Positions 44,325-56,598 of a DNA stretch of 64,000 bases are shown here, piece by piece. Made by a program: the position numbers and the translations under genes. The stretch is from positions 1 through 64,000 of the forward strand of contig JAXHMG010000003.1 of the NCBI GenBank assembly GCA_034521595.1, read 5' to 3'. Under the pieces are notes generated by a model. That model ran no database searches. It was not told where the DNA came from and was given only the letters and a program-made list of their open reading frames with translations. Each line of letters starts with the position of its first letter. Within the stretch, counting starts at the first letter, position 1. Source of the DNA: Gemmatimonadota bacterium (GTDB taxonomy: Bacteria; Gemmatimonadota; Gemmatimonadetes; Longimicrobiales; Gaopeijiaceae).

Positions 44325-45196
44325 GGCATCAACCTCTCGATGCGGGTCACCAGGATGCCTTCCGCTCCGAGCTCCTTCAGCTTCGCGATCGTCTGGTACA
44401 CCTGATCCTCGTCCACCACCGCGTGCGCGGCCACCCAGGCGCCGTCGTCCAGTACCTCGACGATGGTCGGGCCGGAGATGCCGGGCAGCACCTTCCGGAC
44501 CTCCTCGAGACGATCCTTGGGCACGTTGGTCATCAGGTAGCGCTTCGCCTGAGCCCGTAGCACCGATTCGAGGGCGGTCGAGAGCAAGTCGATCTCGCCG
44601 CGCACGTCCGCTTCGGCGAGGGCGGCGGGGCTCGCGACGAGCGTGGCCGAGGAGTGGAGGATGGTGTCGACTTCCCGCAGCCCGTTTACCCGCAGCGTGG
44701 ATCCGGTCGAGGTGAGGTCCACGATGACGTCCGCGACGCCGAGGTGCGGCGCGATCTCGGCCGCGCCGCTCACCGGGGCGATCTCGATGGGAATCCCGAG
44801 CTCGTCGAAGTGGGCCTTGGCCGAGCGGGGGAAGGAGGTCGCGACCCGCGTGCCCGCGGGCAGGTCCTTGCTGGAGTTGGCGGGGGCTTCGTCCTTCACG
44901 GCCACGATGAGCCGGCAGCGCCCGAACCCGAGGTCGAGCACCTCTTCGACGTCCCGGCCGCTCTCTCGGACGAGGTCCGAGCCGGTCACGCCCAGCTCCG
45001 CGGCGCCGTCGGCCACGTACTCGGGAATGTCCTGGGCTCGGACGAAAATGGCCTGGAAGTCGTCGCCGAGTGACGCGACCAGCGCTCGGTCCGCCCGGAA
45101 CGCGGGCTTGAGGCCGGCTTGCTCGAACAGCTCGAGCGTCTGCTCGGAGAGCCGTCCCTTGTTCGGGATCGCGATCCGGATCCTTCTGTCTCTCAT
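44321..45196 (-). CDS. hisG: ATP phosphoribosyltransferase (long form)
   Basis: IAIPNKGRL, RAQDIP, DLGFGRCRL, DLTSTGSTLR. Confidence 0.96.
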   Translation of the reverse strand: MRDRRIRIAIPNKGRLSEQTLELFEQAGLKPAFRADRALVASLGDDFQAIFVRAQDIPEYVADGAAELGVTGSDLVRESGRDVEEVLDLGFGRCRLIVAVKDEAPANSSKDLPAGTRVATSFPRSAKAHFDELGIPIEIAPVSGAAEIAPHLGVADVIVDLTSTGSTLRVNGLREVDTILHSSATLVASPAALAEADVRGEIDLLSTALESVLRAQAKRYLMTNVPKDRLEEVRKVLPGISGPTIVEVLDDGAWVAAHAVVDEDQVYQTIAKLKELGAEGILVTRIERLMP

Positions 45197-45261
45197 CTCG
45201 TTCGCCTCTCAGGCTCGTCGGTCGACCCGCCCGGCCACGCAGACCGGGTGCGGCCAGAAAT

Positions 45262-45294
45262 AAAAAACGCGACCCGTCTCGGAGACGGGTCGCG
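45262..45294 (-). terminator. his attenuator terminator
   Basis: 12-bp perfect stem cgcgacccgtct/agacgggtcgcg followed by T6 on the minus strand, between the leader and hisG. Confidence 0.85.
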
Positions 45295-45321
45295 GTGGGG
45301 TGCCTTCCCGGGACGCACGTC

Positions 45322-45399
45322 CTAGGCGCGCACCACCCTCCCGCCGCCCGTCCGGGCCACGTGATGGTGATGGTGCGGAACGTGGGTCGTGATGCTCAT
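45322..45399 (-). CDS. hisL: his operon leader peptide
   Basis: [25 protein letters not shown], upstream of the terminator. Confidence 0.8.
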   Translation of the reverse strand: MSITTHVPHHHHHVARTGGGRVVRA

Positions 45400-45406
45400 G
45401 GCGGGA

Positions 45407-45434
45407 AGCTGACGCGGGCGCGCGGGCGCGTCAA
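45407..45434 (-). promoter_or_regulatory. Putative sigma70 promoter of the his leader
   Basis: TTGACG-N17-CAGCTT on the minus strand just upstream of the leader ATG. Confidence 0.45.
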
Positions 45435-45436
45435 CC

Positions 45437-45480
45437 CTGGCACGGGCCTGACACGGGCCTGGCACGGGCCTGGCACGGGC
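45437..45480. repeat. 4 x 11-bp tandem repeat (ctggcacgggc)
   Basis: Directly visible in the his/uvrA divergent intergenic region. Confidence 0.8.
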
Positions 45481-45553
45481 TGCTGGACGGTCCGCCCGAC
45501 TCGGTGGACGCGGGGCGGTTCGGGGACACCGCCTCGTGGTTGTATCATCATTC

Positions 45554-48439
45554 ATGGACCACCCGATCCGGATCCGCGGCGCGCGGCAGCACAACCTCAA
45601 GAACATCGACGTCGACCTCCCGAGACGGGCGCTCACCGTCGTGACCGGCCCTTCGGGGTCGGGGAAGAGCACGCTCGCGCTCGACACCCTCTTCGCCGAG
45701 GGTCAGCGACGCTACGTGGAGTCGCTCTCGACGTACGCGAAGCAGTTCCTCGAGCGAATGGAGAAGCCGCACGTCGATTCGATCGAGGGGATCAGCCCGG
45801 CTGTCGCCATCGAGCAGAAGAACCCGACCAAGACGAGCCGTTCCACGGTCGGCACCGCGACGGAGGTATACGACTACCTGCGCCTCCTGTGGTCACGGGT
45901 CGGGCGGACGTACTGCCCGGTCTGCGGCCGCCGGGTGCGTCCCGACACGGTGAGCTCGGCCATCGATCGGGTGCTGGAGCTCGAGCCGGGGACGCGCGTC
46001 CAGGTGGCTTTTCCGCTGGCGCACGGGGCGGCGCTGACCCATCAGGCCGTGGTCGAAAACCTGCGGGCCATGGGATTCGTGCGGGTCCTGGCCGACGGGG
46101 AGCTCGAGGACCTGGGCGGGAGCGAGGCCATCACGCCGGAAGGGCTCGGACGCGACTTGACCGCGGCCGGCGAGCTCCTGGTCATCGTGGACCGGCTCAA
46201 GGTCGACCCGGAGGATCGCGAGCGGCTCGCCGACTCGCTCGCGACGTGTTTCGTGGAGGGGGAGGGCGAGGCGCTCGTGCTGATCTCTCCGCGCGAGGGC
46301 CCGCAAGAGCGACTCCTCTTCACCGAGCGATTCCGCTGTCCCGATCACCCGGACATCACCTTCCTGCAGCCCACGCCGCAGCTCTTCTCGTTCAACAACC
46401 CGTACGGCACCTGTCCCACGTGCACGGGCTTCGGGGCCACGCTGGAGTACGATCCGGAGCTGATCGTGCCCGATCCCGAGCGCTCACTCGCGGAGGGTGC
46501 GGTCGACCCATGGTCGAAGCCCCGTTACAAGAAGGAGCGCGCCCGGCTCGATCAGTTCGCCCGCGACCAGGGTGTTTCCACGGAGGAGCCGTGGCGGGAG
46601 CTGCCCGAGCCGTTCCGCGACGCGGTGCTGCACGGCACCAAGGGCTTCAAGGGAGTGATTCCCTTCCTCGTATCCCGCGAGCGCAAGAAATACAAGCAGT
46701 ACATCCGGGTCTTCCTGCGCCAGTACCAGACGCCACGCCCCTGCGCGGAGTGCGGCGGCGGGCGGATCCGGAAGGAAGCCCGCTACGTGCGCATCGGCGG
46801 GCGGGACATCGCGGAGGTCTCGGCCATGCCGCTCGAGGAGCTGGCGGTTTGGGTGGGGGAGTTGGCCGGTGGTGCGCCCTCCGACGACCGGACGCAGGCC
46901 GGAGCCTCCACTCCGGTTCTGACCCGGATGGAAGCGCAGATCGCCGAGTCGATCCTCCGGGAGCTCCGGGCGCGGACCGGATTCCTGGTCGATGTCGGGT
47001 TGGGGTACCTGACCCTCGACCGGCAGACCCGTACCCTCTCGGGGGGTGAGGCGCAGCGGATCAACCTCGCCAACTCCCTGGGCTCGGCGCTGGTGGACAC
47101 GCTCTACGTGCTCGACGAACCCACGGTGGGACTGCACCCCCGTGACACCGGCAAGCTGTTGGACCTCCTCGGTCGGCTCAGCGCGGCCGGCAACACCGTC
47201 GTGGTGGTGGAGCACGACCCCGAGGCGATCCGCGCCGCCGACCACGTGGTCGAGCTCGGTCCGGCGTCGGGTGAGCGGGGCGGCGAGCTGGTGTACGCGG
47301 GGCCGCCGGATGCGCTCGGCGAGCGGGATACCGCGACGGGGCGCTACCTCTCGGGTCGGTCGGGAGTCGCGCTTCCCGAGCGCACCCGCGACGTGCGGGG
47401 CAAGAGCCTCGCGCTTCGGGGGGGGCGGCTGCACAACGTGAAGGACGCGGACATCGAGATTCCGCTCGGCACGCTGACCGTCGTCACCGGGGTGTCGGGT
47501 TCGGGAAAGTCCACGTTGATCCACGACGTCCTCTACCATGCGCTCGAGCGTGCGCTGGGCGGAGAGAGCTCCGCGAAGGAATACCTGGGCGAGGCGGTGG
47601 GAGCCTGCGACGGGCTCGACGGCGTCAGCGCGCTCGACGAGGTGGTGCTCGTCGACCAGTCGCCCATCGGCCGGACGCCGCGCTCCAACCCGGTCACCTA
47701 CGTGAAGGCCTGGGACCACGTCCGCAAGATCTTCGCGGACCAGCCGGTCGCGCGGGAACGGGGCTACACGCCCGGACACTTCAGCTTCAACACCGCCGGG
47801 GGGCGGTGCGAGGAGTGCAAGGGCGCGGGACACGTCGAGATCGAGATGATCTTCATGGCGGACGTCTACGTGCCGTGCGACGCCTGCGGCGGTCGGCGCT
47901 ACGGTCGTGAGATCCTGGACGTGAAGGTGCGCGGCAAGAACGTCTCGGAGGTGCTCGACCTGACGGTCGACGAGGCGATCCGCTTCTTCATCCGGGAGCG
48001 AAAGCTCGGTAAGGCGCTCTGGCACTTGCAGCAGGTGGGGCTCGGCTACCTCCGGCTCGGCCAGCCGGCGCCGACGCTGTCGGGGGGAGAGGCGCAGCGT
48101 CTCAAGATCGCCCGCGAGCTCTCGGGCGCCGCCGGCCGGAAGGGACGGAAGCTCTACATCCTGGATGAGCCGACCACCGGACTCGCCGGCGAGGACGTGA
48201 GCAAGCTCGTCGACGTCCTCGAGCGGCTCGTGGACGCGGGCAACACCGTGCTGGTCATCGAACACGACATGGACGTGGCCAAGGTCGCGGACTGGATCAT
48301 CGACATGGGCCCGGGAGCCGGGCACCGGGGCGGGGAGGTGGTCGCGATGGGGCCGCCCGAGACCGTGGCCGGCGTGCCCGGGAGCGCGACCGCGCCGTAC
48401 CTTCGCGCGGCCCTCGACCGGGCTGTGGAAAAGGTCTGA
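45554..48439 (+). CDS. uvrA: Excinuclease ABC subunit A
   Basis: [11 protein letters not shown], two Walker A and LSGGEAQR signatures, zinc fingers. Confidence 0.97.
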   Translation: MDHPIRIRGARQHNLKNIDVDLPRRALTVVTGPSGSGKSTLALDTLFAEGQRRYVESLSTYAKQFLERMEKPHVDSIEGISPAVAIEQKNPTKTSRSTVGTATEVYDYLRLLWSRVGRTYCPVCGRRVRPDTVSSAIDRVLELEPGTRVQVAFPLAHGAALTHQAVVENLRAMGFVRVLADGELEDLGGSEAITPEGLGRDLTAAGELLVIVDRLKVDPEDRERLADSLATCFVEGEGEALVLISPREGPQERLLFTERFRCPDHPDITFLQPTPQLFSFNNPYGTCPTCTGFGATLEYDPELIVPDPERSLAEGAVDPWSKPRYKKERARLDQFARDQGVSTEEPWRELPEPFRDAVLHGTKGFKGVIPFLVSRERKKYKQYIRVFLRQYQTPRPCAECGGGRIRKEARYVRIGGRDIAEVSAMPLEELAVWVGELAGGAPSDDRTQAGASTPVLTRMEAQIAESILRELRARTGFLVDVGLGYLTLDRQTRTLSGGEAQRINLANSLGSALVDTLYVLDEPTVGLHPRDTGKLLDLLGRLSAAGNTVVVVEHDPEAIRAADHVVELGPASGERGGELVYAGPPDALGERDTATGRYLSGRSGVALPERTRDVRGKSLALRGGRLHNVKDADIEIPLGTLTVVTGVSGSGKSTLIHDVLYHALERALGGESSAKEYLGEAVGACDGLDGVSALDEVVLVDQSPIGRTPRSNPVTYVKAWDHVRKIFADQPVARERGYTPGHFSFNTAGGRCEECKGAGHVEIEMIFMADVYVPCDACGGRRYGREILDVKVRGKNVSEVLDLTVDEAIRFFIRERKLGKALWHLQQVGLGYLRLGQPAPTLSGGEAQRLKIARELSGAAGRKGRKLYILDEPTTGLAGEDVSKLVDVLERLVDAGNTVLVIEHDMDVAKVADWIIDMGPGAGHRGGEVVAMGPPETVAGVPGSATAPYLRAALDRAVEKV

Positions 48440-48727
48440 AACGCCTTGTGGCATAGGCTTTTTCGCACGTCGGGCGGGGTTGCCGCTCGCGTAGCGTGAG
48501 GGTTATTTTCCACCGTCTTTGAAACCCTCTCCGCCCCGCCTCCGCGAACGCGTCCCGACCCGTTCGCGGCCGTCTCGATCCGTGAGCGTTCACCAGCCGA
48601 CTCCGGTGGGCCGTGCGGATCGCCTCGGAACCGGCCGTGAGAGGCGATCGTTCCGTAGCTTCGCATGCCCGACCGCGACCGCCTTCGAACGGCGTCGCGC
48701 GCGACTCTTGACCAGGAAGAACCCGGT

Positions 48728-51364
<2,637 letters not shown>

Positions 51365-51376
51365 CGAGGCCCCCTC

Positions 51377-52351
51377 GTGAGTGACGTCGTTCAGGGGGAA
51401 GGCCTCGTCGGCCTCCCGGAGATCGAAGCGGCCGCGAGGCGGCTGCAGGGAGTCGCCGTGGAGACGCCCCTCCTACCCGCCGACGCGGTCTCCGAAGCGA
51501 CGGGCGGCGACGTCCGGCTCAAATGCGAGAGCTTGCAGCGTGCCGGCTCCTTCAAGATCCGGGGGGCGTACAACTTCGTCTCGCAGTTCTCGGACGCGGA
51601 GGTGGCCGGCGGCATCATCACCTACTCGTCCGGGAACCACGGGCAAGCGGTTGCGCTGGTCGGCAAGCTGAGGAGGATCCGGGCCGTCATCGTGATGCCC
51701 ACGACGGCTCCGCGCGTGAAGATCGAGGGCGCCGAGCGGATGGGGGCCGAAGTCGTGTTCGAAGGAACGACTTCGCTCGAGCGGAAAGAGCGCGCGGAAC
51801 GGATCGCCGAGGAAGAAGGGCTGGTGATGGTGCCGCCCTTCGACCATCGCCACATCATCGCGGGGCAGGGGACCACCGGCTACGAGATCGCGAGCGCGTG
51901 GACGGACGTCGATCTGGTCCTCGCGCCGATCGGAGGGGGCGGGCTCGCGAGCGGCATCGCGGCAGCGGTGAAGCGGATGGTTCCGGGCGCGAAGGTCGTC
52001 GGCGTGGAGCCCGAGGGCGCGGCGTCGATGCGGGCCGCGCTGGATGCGGGGGAGCCGACGCGCCTCGAGCGCATCGACACGATCGCCGACGGGCTGGCAC
52101 CGGTCATCTCGGGAGCGCTGACTTTCGAGCACGCTCGTGCCTTGATCGACGACGTGGTCACCGTTGACGACGAAGCGATCCGGGAGGCCACGAAGCTTCT
52201 GCTGGCGCGCCAGAAGCTGATCGTGGAGTACAGCGGCGCGGCCACGACGGCCGCGCTGCTTTCGGGGCGGGTCGACGCGGCGGGACGGAGCGTCGCCGCC
52301 GTCGTCAGCGGCGGGAACCTGGATCCGTCCCTGTTGTCCGAGCTGTTTTGA
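51377..52351 (+). CDS. Threonine/serine dehydratase (PLP)
   Basis: KCESLQRAGSFKIRGA, SSGNHGQ, PIGGGGL, SGGN. Confidence 0.92.
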   Translation: MSDVVQGEGLVGLPEIEAAARRLQGVAVETPLLPADAVSEATGGDVRLKCESLQRAGSFKIRGAYNFVSQFSDAEVAGGIITYSSGNHGQAVALVGKLRRIRAVIVMPTTAPRVKIEGAERMGAEVVFEGTTSLERKERAERIAEEEGLVMVPPFDHRHIIAGQGTTGYEIASAWTDVDLVLAPIGGGGLASGIAAAVKRMVPGAKVVGVEPEGAASMRAALDAGEPTRLERIDTIADGLAPVISGALTFEHARALIDDVVTVDDEAIREATKLLLARQKLIVEYSGAATTAALLSGRVDAAGRSVAAVVSGGNLDPSLLSELF

Positions 52352-52391
52352 GTTTAGTCATCGAGTCATCGAGCAGAGGGAGCACCAGAGC

Positions 52392-53081
52392 ATGTCGATC
52401 CGTCGCCTGATTCTCTTCGACGTGGACGGGACGCTGGTCAGCGGCGGGCCGGCGAAGGGGGCCTTCGAGCTCGCCATGGTCGAGACGTTCGGGACATCGG
52501 GCAATGCGTCGGGCGTGAGCTTCGCCGGCAAGACCGATCCGCAGATCGCCCGGGAGCTCCTCAGCGGTGCCGGCTTCGCGCGGGACGAGATCGACCGGGG
52601 GCTCGAGGACCTCTGGACTCGCTATCTCGGACACCTCGAGGAGCGGTTGGCGGAGCGTCCCATGGATGTGCTGCCCGGGGTTCCCGACATCCTCGACGCG
52701 CTCGAGCCGCACGCGCACGTCGGCATCGGTCTACTGACCGGTAACATTCAACGCGGGGCGCGGCTGAAGCTCGGCTCGGCGCGCCTTTGGGAGCGCTTCC
52801 GCATCGGGAGCTTCGGCTCGGATCACGAGGAGCGGGACGAGCTGCCGGCCATCGCGCTGCGGCGCGCCCACGAGCACTGGGGCCGGCCGCTGCCCGCGAC
52901 GGACGCGGTGGTCGTGGGCGATACCCCTCGAGACGTGACGTGCGGCCGGAAGGGTGGGGCGCGTACCCTCGCCGTGGCGACCGGGCGTTACGGGACCGAC
53001 GAGCTCCGGGCGACCGGCGCGGACCGGGTTCTGACGGACCTGGGGGCCACCGATGACGTGCTCTCCTGGTTGCTCGACTGA
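52392..53081 (+). CDS. HAD-family hydrolase
   Basis: LFDVDGTL, LLTGN, VGDTPRD. Confidence 0.92.
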   Translation: MSIRRLILFDVDGTLVSGGPAKGAFELAMVETFGTSGNASGVSFAGKTDPQIARELLSGAGFARDEIDRGLEDLWTRYLGHLEERLAERPMDVLPGVPDILDALEPHAHVGIGLLTGNIQRGARLKLGSARLWERFRIGSFGSDHEERDELPAIALRRAHEHWGRPLPATDAVVVGDTPRDVTCGRKGGARTLAVATGRYGTDELRATGADRVLTDLGATDDVLSWLLD

Positions 53082-53220
53082 CGGCGCGCTTCACGGGGTT
53101 GCTTGATCGGCGCACGGCCGCGCAGCATCTTCCAGTCTCGATGGTATGCAGTAGCACGCGGCCGGTCGGTCGCGCCACACTTCGGCTTCCGAAGGCCGAG
53201 GACCGCAACGGGGAGAGATC

Positions 53221-53970
53221 GTGTCCAGAAGCGAAAGGCGTAGGCAGGCTCGCGAGCCGAAGGAGGAGTCCGGCATGAAGAAGCTTTATTACGTGCTGGG
53301 CGCCGTGGCCGTGATCGGCATCGGCGTCGCCGTCTACTCGGTGGGGAGCACGACGTTGAGCGGCGCCGCGACGGCTCCGGTCGAGGTGGAAGGAATCGAG
53401 GACTCCGAGCGCCTGATCGAGCTCGCCGAAGGGGTGACGCTGGGCGACGAGGACGCCCCCGTGACGATCGTCGAGTTCGGCGACTACCAGTGTCCCGGAT
53501 GCGGCAGCTTCGCGACGAACGTGAAGCCGCAGATCCAACTCCAGCTCGTGGATCAGGGCCTGGCGAAGTTCGTCTTCTACGACTTTCCGCTCGTCCAGGT
53601 TCACCCGCACGCCTTCCTGGCGGCCCGGGCGGCCCGCTGCGCCGGTGAGCAGGGGAGTTACTGGGATTACCACGACCTCCTCTTCCAGATGCAGCCGCGG
53701 TGGTCGGGCGAGGCCAACGCGATCGGCTCGTTCCGGGACTACGCCGAGTCCGTCGGCCTGGACGAGGGTGAGTTCAACGCGTGCCTGCAGAGCGACCGGT
53801 ACGCGGACGTGGTCACGGCGAACATGGAGCTCGGCGCCCAGCTCGGGGTGAGTGGAACGCCCACGGTGATGGTCAACGCCGACGATCAGGTACGCCGGGT
53901 GGGCGGGGATTTCCGGTCCATCCAGCAGGCCGTCGAGGCCTTGATGCCCGAAAACGGTGAGGGCGGTTGA
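53221..53970 (+). CDS. DsbA-family thioredoxin protein
   Basis: EFGDYQCPGC, GVSGTPT. Confidence 0.92.
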   Translation: MSRSERRRQAREPKEESGMKKLYYVLGAVAVIGIGVAVYSVGSTTLSGAATAPVEVEGIEDSERLIELAEGVTLGDEDAPVTIVEFGDYQCPGCGSFATNVKPQIQLQLVDQGLAKFVFYDFPLVQVHPHAFLAARAARCAGEQGSYWDYHDLLFQMQPRWSGEANAIGSFRDYAESVGLDEGEFNACLQSDRYADVVTANMELGAQLGVSGTPTVMVNADDQVRRVGGDFRSIQQAVEALMPENGEGG

Positions 53971-54179
53971 TGGCGGCGTCGAAGAAAGACGGGTTCGTGA
54001 AGCTGCGGCTGCTGTTCGTCGACCAGGGGGATTACCACGATGAGAAGGTCGACGTGCCCGGAGCGGGGATCGACGACTACGAGCGGCTGATCGACTTCCT
54101 CCGCGAGGATCCGGCGGTGCTCAAGCACCTGCACCTGGATATGGACCGGCTCTGCGCCGCGTACCGCATCGAAGAGTAA
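53970..54179 (+). CDS. Hypothetical protein
   Basis: Short coupled ORF (YERLIDFLREDPAVLK). Confidence 0.7.
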   Translation: MAASKKDGFVKLRLLFVDQGDYHDEKVDVPGAGIDDYERLIDFLREDPAVLKHLHLDMDRLCAAYRIEE

Positions 54180-54206
54180 GTAGTGCGTCGTCCGAGGGTG
54201 CTTACC

Positions 54207-54758
54207 TCAGCCTGAGCCGTCGAGCGTCTCCAAGCGCGCCCGCGCCGCGGGAAGCGTCCAGCTGTCCACGACGTGGGGAGGCCACTGGCCACGGCCGGCC
54301 TCCTCGACGAGCCGAGAGGCCTCGTCCCGGGCACGGTGGGCCGTGGGTGCATCGAGGAGGCCGTGCATGCGAGCTTCTTCGAACTCGTCTTCGTCCAGGA
54401 TGTCGACGCTTCCGTCGGGTGGGAGCCAAATGTCCAGGAAAAGATCCGTGGTCCGCCAGGTTCTGCCGTCGATCTCCGGCGGGGTGAGGACGTTGGCGTA
54501 GTATCCGGTGAAGGTGCCGTCGGCTCGGTGGAACCGACCGATGTCGTGCCATTCGCCTGGAAAGGTGAACCAGACGACGGGCGAGCCGGGCTCCAGGATA
54601 ACCCGCTCGCCAACGTGGATCGGGCGCCTGAGGGGCGTCGACGGAGCGAGCGTGACGATGCAGTCGCCGTCGTTCTCGACGACGCGCTGCTCGAAGACCT
54701 CGACGTGGTCGGGCACGCGACGGTAGTGGATGCGAACGTGGCTGCCGGGACGGCTCAA
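54207..54758 (-). CDS. DUF402-domain protein
   Basis: GYYANVLTP, TTDLFLDIW, LDEDEFEEA. Confidence 0.85.
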   Translation of the reverse strand: MSRPGSHVRIHYRRVPDHVEVFEQRVVENDGDCIVTLAPSTPLRRPIHVGERVILEPGSPVVWFTFPGEWHDIGRFHRADGTFTGYYANVLTPPEIDGRTWRTTDLFLDIWLPPDGSVDILDEDEFEEARMHGLLDAPTAHRARDEASRLVEEAGRGQWPPHVVDSWTLPAARARLETLDGSG

Positions 54759-55105
54759 GGGTCGACCGGCCCTTCCCCGCCGGGGACCGCTTCCACGAAG
54801 ACGTCCATGAGCCCGCCGCACACGGCCGGGCTCCAGGAAAGCAGATCGTCGGTGAGGTCCACCCGAACCCGTTCGGGCGTGCCCGACGCGAGCACCCTCC
54901 GGGCGGCCTCGATCACTTCGGCTTCCCCGCATCCGCCCCCGACGGTGCCCACCAGGCCGTGGCTCGGATCGACGAGCATGCGGGCTCCGACTTTCCGGGG
55001 CGTGGAGCCGCGCGTCGCGACGATCGTGGCCAGGGCGCAGTCGTGTCCCGCCGTGCGGGCGGCGGCGAGCGCGTCCGCGAGGGCTCGGTCGTCTTCGTGG
55101 GTCAT
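54755..55105 (-). CDS. XdhC/CoxI N-terminal domain protein
   Basis: ATIVATRGSTPRKVGARM, GTVGGGCGE, CGG. Confidence 0.9.
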   Translation of the reverse strand: MTHEDDRALADALAAARTAGHDCALATIVATRGSTPRKVGARMLVDPSHGLVGTVGGGCGEAEVIEAARRVLASGTPERVRVDLTDDLLSWSPAVCGGLMDVFVEAVPGGEGPVDP

Positions 55106-55956
55106 GCGTCTTCCATCGTGTCTTCGGAGAAAAAGCGCCCGGCGATGCGCTCCACGTCGCGGAGCGGGGCGCCCGAGCCCCCGCGGCGCACCAGCACGAG
55201 CTCCGCGGCCACGGCCACGGCGATCTCTTCGGGCGTCTCGGCTCCGATATCGAGCCCGACCGGTGCGTGGATGCGCTCGAGGAGCGCGCGGTCGATCCTG
55301 TCCTCGAGGAGCTGCACGTAGGTGGCCCGCACGCGTCGGCGGCTCCCGATCATACCGATGTATGCGGGCGGTGGATCCATGCGGAGAGCGCGCACCAGGC
55401 AGGCGTAGTCGTACTTGTGCCCTCGCGTGACGAGGAGGATGTGCGTGCGGTCGTGCACCACCACGTCACGGAACGGGTCGTCGAAGTCGGCGTTCACGAG
55501 GCGCTGGGCTTCCGGAAACCGCTCGCGTGTGGCGAAGTCGGGCCGGTCGTCGAGCACCGTGACCCGGAAGCCGAGCGCTGCCGCGACGCGGCAGAGCGGG
55601 CGCGCGATGTGCCCCGCGCCCACGATCACGAGCTCGGAAATGGGGCGCCGGAGCTCGAGGTAGGCTTCCACCGTGTGCCCGTCGGCGAGCGTCAGCACCC
55701 GAAGTCCGTCGTCCGCGCTCGGGTCGGCGAGCGCCGCGTCGAGGAGCTCCGTGAGCGCGCCGTGGATCGTCGCGTCACCGACGGCACCGTGTGTGCGTGC
55801 CGGCGCTCCGTCGCGGTCGCGTGTGAGCGCGAGCCGGTTGCCCGGCACCGCGTCGGGGCTCGTTCCGCCCACGACCAGGGCCACCGCGGCGCTCCCGCCG
55901 GCGTCGGCCGTATCGAGGAGAAGGCGTGCCGCTTCAGCCGCGTGCAGCACGCTCAC
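55102..55956 (-). CDS. XdhC family protein (Rossmann C-terminal domain)
   Basis: IVGAGHIA, VTRGH, YIGMIGSRRR, PVGLDIGAETPEEIA. Confidence 0.9.
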   Translation of the reverse strand: MSVLHAAEAARLLLDTADAGGSAAVALVVGGTSPDAVPGNRLALTRDRDGAPARTHGAVGDATIHGALTELLDAALADPSADDGLRVLTLADGHTVEAYLELRRPISELVIVGAGHIARPLCRVAAALGFRVTVLDDRPDFATRERFPEAQRLVNADFDDPFRDVVVHDRTHILLVTRGHKYDYACLVRALRMDPPPAYIGMIGSRRRVRATYVQLLEDRIDRALLERIHAPVGLDIGAETPEEIAVAVAAELVLVRRGGSGAPLRDVERIAGRFFSEDTMEDA

Positions 55957-56594
55957 CCTGTCTCTCCTCCTTGGGCGGTGCGTCCCCGAGGGGCCGTGCT
56001 CTCGACTTTTCGGACGAGGGCCCGGTACTCCTCCGGGGTGTCGATGTCGATGAGCACCCCGCGATCCGTGACGGGCACGAGGCGTGCACCGTCGAGGTGC
56101 CGGTGCACCACGGTCCGGGCGCCTCCCTGAAGGGCGGGGTCGAGCAGCTCGGGGAAGACGGAGCGCTCGAACACGGCCGGGTGTCCGCGCCGGCCCTCGT
56201 AGATCGGGAGCGTGACCGGAGCGCCCGACGCCGCGGCCTGGTCGATCAACCGGGCGATCGTCTCCGAGCGCACCGTCGGGTGGTCCAGGGGAAGCCAGAC
56301 CACGTGCGACACCGCCACGTCGAGGTGTTCGAGCGCTTTTCGCAGGGACGTGATCGGCCCGTCGCCCGGCTCCGGATTCACCAGCGTCCTCGCGCCCGCG
56401 CGCTCGGCCTCGCTGCCGGTCGCGGCGTCGTCGGCTCGGACGACGACCAGCACCGGCTCGCAGCCCGCTTCGCTCAATGCGCCCACGATCCGATGAACGA
56501 AGCTCACCCCCTCGAGCTCGAGGAGCCCTTTCGGCGATCCCATGCGGGACGAGGCTCCCGCGGCGGGCACGATGCCCGCGATTCTTCGGGGCAT
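55953..56594 (-). CDS. Molybdenum cofactor cytidylyltransferase-like NTP transferase (MocA/MobA family)
   Basis: PAAGASSRMGSPKGLL, PLDHP, GHPAVF, DIDTPEEY. Confidence 0.88.
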   Translation of the reverse strand: MPRRIAGIVPAAGASSRMGSPKGLLELEGVSFVHRIVGALSEAGCEPVLVVVRADDAATGSEAERAGARTLVNPEPGDGPITSLRKALEHLDVAVSHVVWLPLDHPTVRSETIARLIDQAAASGAPVTLPIYEGRRGHPAVFERSVFPELLDPALQGGARTVVHRHLDGARLVPVTDRGVLIDIDTPEEYRALVRKVESTAPRGRTAQGGETG

Positions 56595-56598
56595 TCGG

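Noticed and set aside
54755-56594. XdhC/MocA cluster as a novel system
   Set aside because: Ordinary molybdoenzyme maturation genes; the target enzyme may be elsewhere in the genome.
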